Shown here in pieces: positions 57,612 through 64,000 of a DNA stretch of 64,000 nucleotides (positions are counted from its first letter, which is position 1; every line of letters begins with the position of its first letter). Source of the DNA: Hormiphora californensis (taxonomy: Eukaryota > Animalia > Ctenophora); assembly GCA_020137815.1 (NCBI GenBank), contig CM035350.1, positions 5,580,001 to 5,644,000 on the forward strand, in the 5' to 3' direction. Under the pieces are notes generated by a model. That model was not told the origin of the DNA. It saw only the letters and a list, made by a program, of their open reading frames with translations, and ran no database searches. Both the position numbers and the translations under genes were made by a program.

Positions 57612-58832
57612 TCAGCCGAGCCTGAACAACGTCTTAACGGCTCGTCTCCGGTTGGTGATGTAGATGTGAAAACTGGAGCTCCGTGATATCACAATAGCTG
57701 GGTTGAGGGTTGCCAGGAGCTGGGGAACAAACAACCGTCCTATAAACCGTATAGAGTCAAGGACAAGGAAGCCAAAGTACTGGCGATTAAACTCAATCAG
57801 TGCTACCGCCACAAAGTTTGCCAGCCAAACCAGGTTGCCAATGTTCATCAATAGGATTGTCACAGAGCCCCGGCGATTGTTCAAGTTTGCCACTGCACTC
57901 AGTGACACCGTGCTAACATCACCCGCACTACCCGGTCGATAGCAAGGTTTCTGCTCCTGGTCTGTGGTTGTGGTGAGGGAGGAAGGGTCCGCCAGATGCA
58001 AGGTGGACCGGAATGCCCGGCGGAGCGGGGGCACTGGAGAGCATCTCTGATCTCTACCTGATAGGACAGGAGTCAGGGGGACTAACTGGGTTTGGTTGCC
58101 CCGTGACGTGAACAGAAGATGAACTGTCATTAGGGACAGAATAAACCCTGCTAAACAGTGGCAAATGGTGGGCAGCCACAGCAATGTGTGTATGTAGGTC
58201 AGTTTGTTAAGGTGGGAGGTAGCATCCGTTGAGTTGGGTGAGACTGAGGTGGTGGTGTTGGTGTTGGCCAAGATCCGAACATCCCATAGATAGACTGTGA
58301 GGCCAGCACCGCGATACACCTCCGTGTGACTTGTTGAGATGACCGTCCATGCCAGCACGACAACATTAGTCACTGCGTATACTGCAAGAAGAAGAAGAAT
58401 GAGGGTTAGTTGGCGGGGAACATTGCCTCTCCTCGCGCTCAAGGGGTCCCTCACCCCAACCCAACGGACAACCGAGAGAAGAGAGGTGATCACAACCGAG
58501 AGATAGATGGGAATCGCACCAAGCCGCAGGAAGATCGCCTCAGTTATACCGATTTGGGTCATAACCGGGATAGCTGAAGCTCTGAACGCTTGATAGCACA
58601 CATACAGAGGCATGTAAATAGTTGTCAGTCCATCTGTTACCGCTAGAACCTGGAACAGCCGCTTTGAAAGGGTTATCTTGCCGCGGCATTGGAAACAGTA
58701 TGCCGTTACGTTGAGAAGGGTTGAAGCGAGGAACAGAAACAGGAACACTAGACCGATAAAGATGGAGAGAATGAGAGAGAACCATGCCTTCAGTTCGCTT
58801 CCTTCGTTATCGTTCAGCCAGAACTGAATCAT
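57612..58832 (-). CDS. Intronless orphan 7TM receptor (rhodopsin-like fold), probable paralogue
   Basis: TM1 LLN, LFQVLAVTD, LSVVRW..VRDP, long ICL3, LNPAIV. Confidence 0.75.
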   Translation of the reverse strand: MIQFWLNDNEGSELKAWFSLILSIFIGLVFLFLFLASTLLNVTAYCFQCRGKITLSKRLFQVLAVTDGLTTIYMPLYVCYQAFRASAIPVMTQIGITEAIFLRLGAIPIYLSVVITSLLSVVRWVGVRDPLSARRGNVPRQLTLILLLLAVYAVTNVVVLAWTVISTSHTEVYRGAGLTVYLWDVRILANTNTTTSVSPNSTDATSHLNKLTYIHTLLWLPTICHCLAGFILSLMTVHLLFTSRGNQTQLVPLTPVLSGRDQRCSPVPPLRRAFRSTLHLADPSSLTTTTDQEQKPCYRPGSAGDVSTVSLSAVANLNNRRGSVTILLMNIGNLVWLANFVAVALIEFNRQYFGFLVLDSIRFIGRLFVPQLLATLNPAIVISRSSSFHIYITNRRRAVKTLFRLG

Positions 58833-59002
58833 TAACTAGTCCTGGAGATAAAATTCACACATGTTTTGAGTTTTGAATGATAGCAATTACAATGTAAAAC
58901 AAAGTCGATTGGGAAAAGGTTTGGGCCGAAACTATATAGCACAGCTTTTTGCGAAAGTATAAAGGCAGAAAAATAAAGGCATATCAACATGCAATTAGTA
59001 TA

Positions 59003-59155
59003 AGGACCCCGATTTATCTTGTTGAGTCACCCTTACCCCGATTTACCGGGTAATTTACCGCCGATATAGAGAAATTATAATATTTCACCCCGGGCATTAC
59101 TAGATTTACTGGGCAAAATTCTTCCCCCGAGCATTCAGGTAAATCGGGGTCCTAC
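59003..59155. mobile_element. MITE with TIR aggaccccgattta/taaatcggggtcct; related fragment at ~35010-35100
   Basis: Terminal inverted repeat and internal ccgatttacc motifs. Confidence 0.6.
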
Positions 59156-59835
59156 TCTACGGTGTACCATATCATGATAATGTGTCAACGCAGGCCGATA
59201 GATATAGGAACGATGAAGTCATGAAAAAAAGCCGATAGATCCCAGGCGAAAATAAAACAAAGCCGGGAAAGATAATTTTATAATAGATCCAAAGCAAAAA
59301 TAGATCAAAGCCGGGAGAGATACAGTAGAAATACAATAACTTCTTGTAGAAGAGAAAGACTTCTCTAAGGAGAGAAAGTGAAGGACTGATATAAAATAGG
59401 GGATGTGATATTATCAGAGGAATGTAATCTTAATTTCACACGAAGTGTTGGCACACATGCTGCTCTTACACTGATGATATGATGAGAGGAGACTTGGTGA
59501 TTCAATCATAAGACGTGATTCAAGCAGAGCTGCAGGAACAGGAGCGATATATGTAGCTTGACAGGAAGAGAGTGAGAAAGACAGCCTAACTAAAAGTTGT
59601 GCACGTCGCGCAATCCCCTGTGTACGTAGCGTGGGTACGTCGCGCTATACCCAAGTACGTAGCACGAGACAAATTCACGCCACTCCGACGTCGGTGGCAG
59701 CTTCACTGTCAAAACTAAATGACATTTAGTATAAGTGACTTGTCACAATTGTCACAAACAACTCATAGTTTTGTGTCAAGATTTATAGCAAGTTAGAGGT
59801 GAAAATGAACCCTATTTGGTCAGGATATATATATA

Positions 59836-59939
59836 TTAGCCACGTCGAATATTTCTCTCGCATGTCACTTTGACAGGTCACATATTATAATAATATATGT
59901 GTCAAAGTGACATGCGAGAGTATTATTCGCCGTGGCTAA
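59836..59939. repeat. ~100-bp hairpin/MITE
   Basis: ctctcgcatgtcactttgaca / tgtcaaagtgacatgcgagag with outer tagccacg/cgtggcta. Confidence 0.75.
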
Positions 59940-59960
59940 CTAAAAATTGTCACAAAATTG

Positions 59961-60822
59961 GGCAGGTCGGTAGAACTTTGACAGAATTTAGGGTAGGTCA
60001 ATTTAGGGTAGGTCTGAATTTAGGGTAGGCCTGAATTTAGGGTAGGTCTGAATTTAGGGTAGGTCAATTTAGGGTAGGTCTGAATTTAGGGTAGGTCTGA
60101 ATTTAGGGTAGGTCCGTAACGTATCGTTTATTAAAGCATTGCAATTCGACTGATTAGGTCGCTGAACCGCGTGCCGTATCTCGTATCAACTCATTTCAAT
60201 TCGATCTTAGTCACCGATTAGGTCGCTGAACCACGTCCCGTATCTCGTATCAACTCATTGAAATTCGAGGTTAGACACAAATTAGGTCCCTGAACCGCGT
60301 CCCGTATCTCGTATCAACTCATTGCAATTCCATCTTAGTCACTGAGACTAAGTACTACTTAAAGTAAGTGAACTGAATTAGGTCGGTAGACTGTGTTCCG
60401 TGTCGCATCAAATGAAATTAGGACTGTTTGACTGTTCACTGATTAGTTTATGCACGTAGACTTTAAGAGTTCCATCCTGAGTTGAAACCTGTTTAAGAAA
60501 AAAAAAACAATTCGTTTGCCATCTCATTTGTGTCTAACCTCGAATTTCAATGAGTTGATACGAGATACGGGACGTGGTTCAGCGACCTAATCGGTGACTA
60601 AGATCGAATTGAAATGAGTTGATACGAGATACGGCACGCGGTTCAGCGACCTGATCAGAACCTAATGTCGAATTGCAATGCTTTGATAAACGATACGTTA
60701 TGGGCCTACCCTAAATTCAGACCTACCCTAAATTCAGACCTACCCTAAATTGACCTACCCTAAATTCAGACCTACCCTAAATTGACCTACCCTAAATTCT
60801 GTCGAAGTTCTACCGACCTGCC
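59961..60822. mobile_element. Foldback element with TIR ggcaggtcggtagaactt and subterminal tandem repeats (AATTTAGGGTAGGTCTG; ~60-bp units)
   Basis: About 320-bp inverted arms; no clear TSD. Confidence 0.8.
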
Positions 60823-63800
60823 ACAAAGCCTCCTAAGCGTAAACTATAGTTTACAGGTAATTTGAGAAATCGCCATTTCGACGATCTCTTGAAACATTAA
60901 TGACCGTGGAAACCGACTTCCTAATAAGCTAAAATGTTCACACTTGGCAGATATGTTGTTCATGGCATGAATAACCAAAATTCAAATTTTACAGATTTAT
61001 TGCCATTCACCCTTCCCTAAAACTGAAAGAAATTATAGTTTTGGTGCAATTATAGGAAAAACGAAGGCCATATTGGAGGAGGTATTTTGGTCACAACTTG
61101 ACATTTTAAGGAACCTTGATTGTGAAACTCTCCGTGACACTTCCTAAACTGTCTCTGTCTCTGTTTTTAAAACTTCCCCAGTTTCAACTTCCCCAAGGAG
61201 TAAAAAGTATCACCTGCAACTTGCGCTGTGTTTTTATTAAATAGAAAGTGTGACTGACAAAGAGGCAGGGTAGTCAGCTGTTATTGGAAACACAGGGGCG
61301 TCAAAAATGCCTACTCCTTTCTCACCCCATTCATTTCTCATCATCACCTATTGGCACAACCATCTTTCTTACTCTTTTTCGTAACCCTTTCGTGACCCCT
61401 GGCACCAGGTTTTAATCAAAAGAAAGGCCCTTTTTTAAAGATCTATCACCTTTTTCTCTCTCTCTCGCCTCGTGCTTTCTCAGTTTTTCACACATTCTAT
61501 CTATCAGGAGTGAGTTCATTAGTACTATCATACCGCTAACAGGTTTACTGAAAAGAAGACGCCTGCTTTGTTATAGTAGTAGCGATAGAGTGAGGATAGA
61601 GAGAGAGAGGAGAGAGAGAGAGAGTGAGAGAGAGAGAGAGAGAGAAGAGGGAGAGAGAAAGAGAGAGAGTATAGAGAGAGAGAGAGCTAGTAGATCTCTG
61701 AGACTCTCTCTCTCGCTCTCTCTCTCTCCAGAGCATCGCTCTCCCGTGAATATCTCTGTGATACCAGCGAGGGACACAATGTTGTATTAAACCAATAAAT
61801 AGTAAACTGATTAGCACTTAATCTGTCTCTGTGCTGCACTATTATTTAGCTCTATGATATTGATAATGGGCGAAGGAGAGAAGTGCGAAAACTATATATA
61901 TACACCTCCCACTAAATATAATGGAACCCAAAGGATCATTGGTTTTCGCACGTTTTCCCCGGATCACTAGCATTGGGGCGGTTTTGAGTTTTATAACTTT
62001 CTTGGAGCCCTACAAATATTAACACCACGCACCGGTTTAGAGGCTGCCTACGTACTGAAAACTATCACCCACTACAAAACTAGGGCATATATACCATTTG
62101 TAAACGGGGGTTTAGAACACACTGCTAAACATGACCATCTCTCACCTAATCTTCTTTCTTCGTCTAGAGGCAGAGAGGCTAAGATAGAGGGATATAACAC
62201 AAGTGGCTACGTTCCCCAGCCTGGACTCACCTAGCTCACTGATCTCTCATGTCTGCAGATGGTGGCGGTTACCCTCCCTGTGCGAGACCAGTGGTTTCTC
62301 CATGGCTGGGAATAGGGGATTTTGGGTGTGTGGTTTTGGGGGTTTTAAAAAAGAAGGAAAGGGTCCAAAAATTTTTTTATTTTATTCTCTATTGGGGTCT
62401 TACCCTCTATAAACCCCTTCTCTTCTCCCCCCCCCCATTTTTTGCTTCTTGGTTTTTTTTTTTTTTTGTTTTTTAATTGGGGTTTACCCAGTTTAAAAAC
62501 CCATGTTAGAATTGCCACTAAAAAAAAAAAACCCTTCTCGTCCCCATTTTTCCTATCTTTCCCCGCTTTAATCCCCCTTCCAAAAAATTCTTTCCCCTAC
62601 TTTTTTCCCTTTTGGTTTTTTTCCCCTTGTTTCCTTTTCTTCCTTTAACCCAAGTGTTTGTTTTTCCCTTTTTTGTTTTTTTCCCCTTTGGCCCCCTTGC
62701 AAACCGGGGGTTTTTTCTTTCCTTTTAAAATCCAATTTTGGGGGAAAACCCCTTTTCTTTTAATTTTTTGTACCCTCCACGGTTTTCCCCCCGGAATTTT
62801 TTTTTTCCCCCCCCCCCGGTTCCTTTCCCCATTTTTTCCCTTTTTCCTGCCCCGATTTGTTTGGGGGTGCTTCTTTGCCCGTTACCCCTTCTTGCCTCTC
62901 CCTTTTCTCCACTCCTCCTGCCCCTTCCCCCTTCTTTTCATCGCTTTGGGGGCCTTTGGGGGTTCTTTCTGGTCTCTCCCTCTCTCTCTCTCTCTCCCTC
63001 TTCTCTCTCTCCTTCCCCCTCCTCTCTCTCTCTCTCTTTTCCCTCTCTCCCCTCCGGTTCTCCCCCCTCCTTCTCTCTCTCCCCCCTCTCCCCTCTCTTC
63101 TCTCTCCCTTTTCTCTCCTCTCTCCCCCTCACCATGGCTAATAACCTTTTTATCCCCCTCCCCCCCCGGGTTTTTTAAAAACAATTGTATGGAAAAATTT
63201 CAAATAAACAACAGCACATATCCTTTCACGATAATCATCATCTTTTCTCTTCCCTCGCTCTTTCTCTCTCTCTATCTCCCTAAAAAGATGAAGACAATAC
63301 ACTGAGCTGTTCTTGAGGGCCGGGTTTAACGCTTCCCCCCCAAAGGAACTCGATCCGGGGGAAAAAAGACATAAACGAAGGAAAAAATAAGAGAAAGAGA
63401 GAGAGAGAGGGAAAGAGAGAAATAGAGAGAGAGAGGGGAAGGTTTTAAAAAGCATCAAAAAAAAGGGTTCCCCCTTAAAAGGGCGGATCCACGTGGTCCC
63501 CCCGTTAAAAAAACCAAACCGGGACACCCAACCCCAAAAACCCGTTAAAAAACGGGGTTTCTCTGGGAAAAAACTTTTTTAAAATTTTTTGGGGTCTAAA
63601 TCCTTTTTTAAAAAAACAAAAAAAAAAAAGTTTCCCACCCCCGAAACCAGGCAAATCACTCCTCTACTATTTTGTACCCCCCCTTTCTTCCTCTCTCTCT
63701 CCCCCCCCCGTTTCTTTTCCTCTCTTTTTGCCCTTTGGAGAAGCACACTCCCCTCTCCACCGCAAAAAAATCCCCATAATCCCCCTAGGGAAATTTTGAG

Positions 63801-64000
63801 GTTTTTGGGGGGGGGAGATAGTTAGCTGGAGCAAGGTGAGGGAGGTAGAGAGCTGGAGAACGGGTAGGGGCAAATAAATCTTAAGCTCCCCCTGTGGTCT
63901 GCTTGCCCCCTTGTTTTGTAGTATAAATTCAAAGTATCCACCTCTCCAGTTCGGAGCGGCTTTGTATTGTTATAACTATCGTCAGCTAGTCTCCGTGAGC

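Noticed and set aside
62200-64000. Possible exons or ORFs at the window end
   Set aside because: Low-accuracy sequence with no recognisable protein motif.

Overview
Animal nuclear DNA (GT-AG introns, dense MITEs and microsatellites). A ctenophore-like source is only an inference. Blocks at about 1-10.5 kb, 21.2-31.5 kb, 45.8-47.8 kb and 62.3-63.8 kb are homopolymer-distorted, low-accuracy sequence, so their ORFs are unreliable. Host genes: the 3' end of DNA-PKcs (PRKDC, +, FATC exon 32589-32854), an 8-exon mitochondrial ClpX (-), a 9-exon SLC38A11-like amino-acid transporter (-), two intronless orphan 7TM receptors (-) and a stand-alone LINE-ORF1-like ORF (-). Main result: the last PRKDC intron (10369-32588) holds a full-length R4/Dong-type RLE non-LTR retrotransposon (11038-32305, -) inserted in a (TC)n/(GA)n microsatellite. 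It starts with an HDV-like ribozyme fold, has tandem Myb-like domains, and its 5' and 3' ends are complementary. It is interrupted by a GGCGCC-rich foldback element and by an RTE LINE (11-bp TSD), which is in turn split by a ~10-kb LTR retrotransposon. Also notable: an IS3EU-like palindromic element carrying two convergent 5S-rRNA-derived promoter segments and split by a Helitron, and a ClpX intron minisatellite made of tandem copies of its own splice acceptor.
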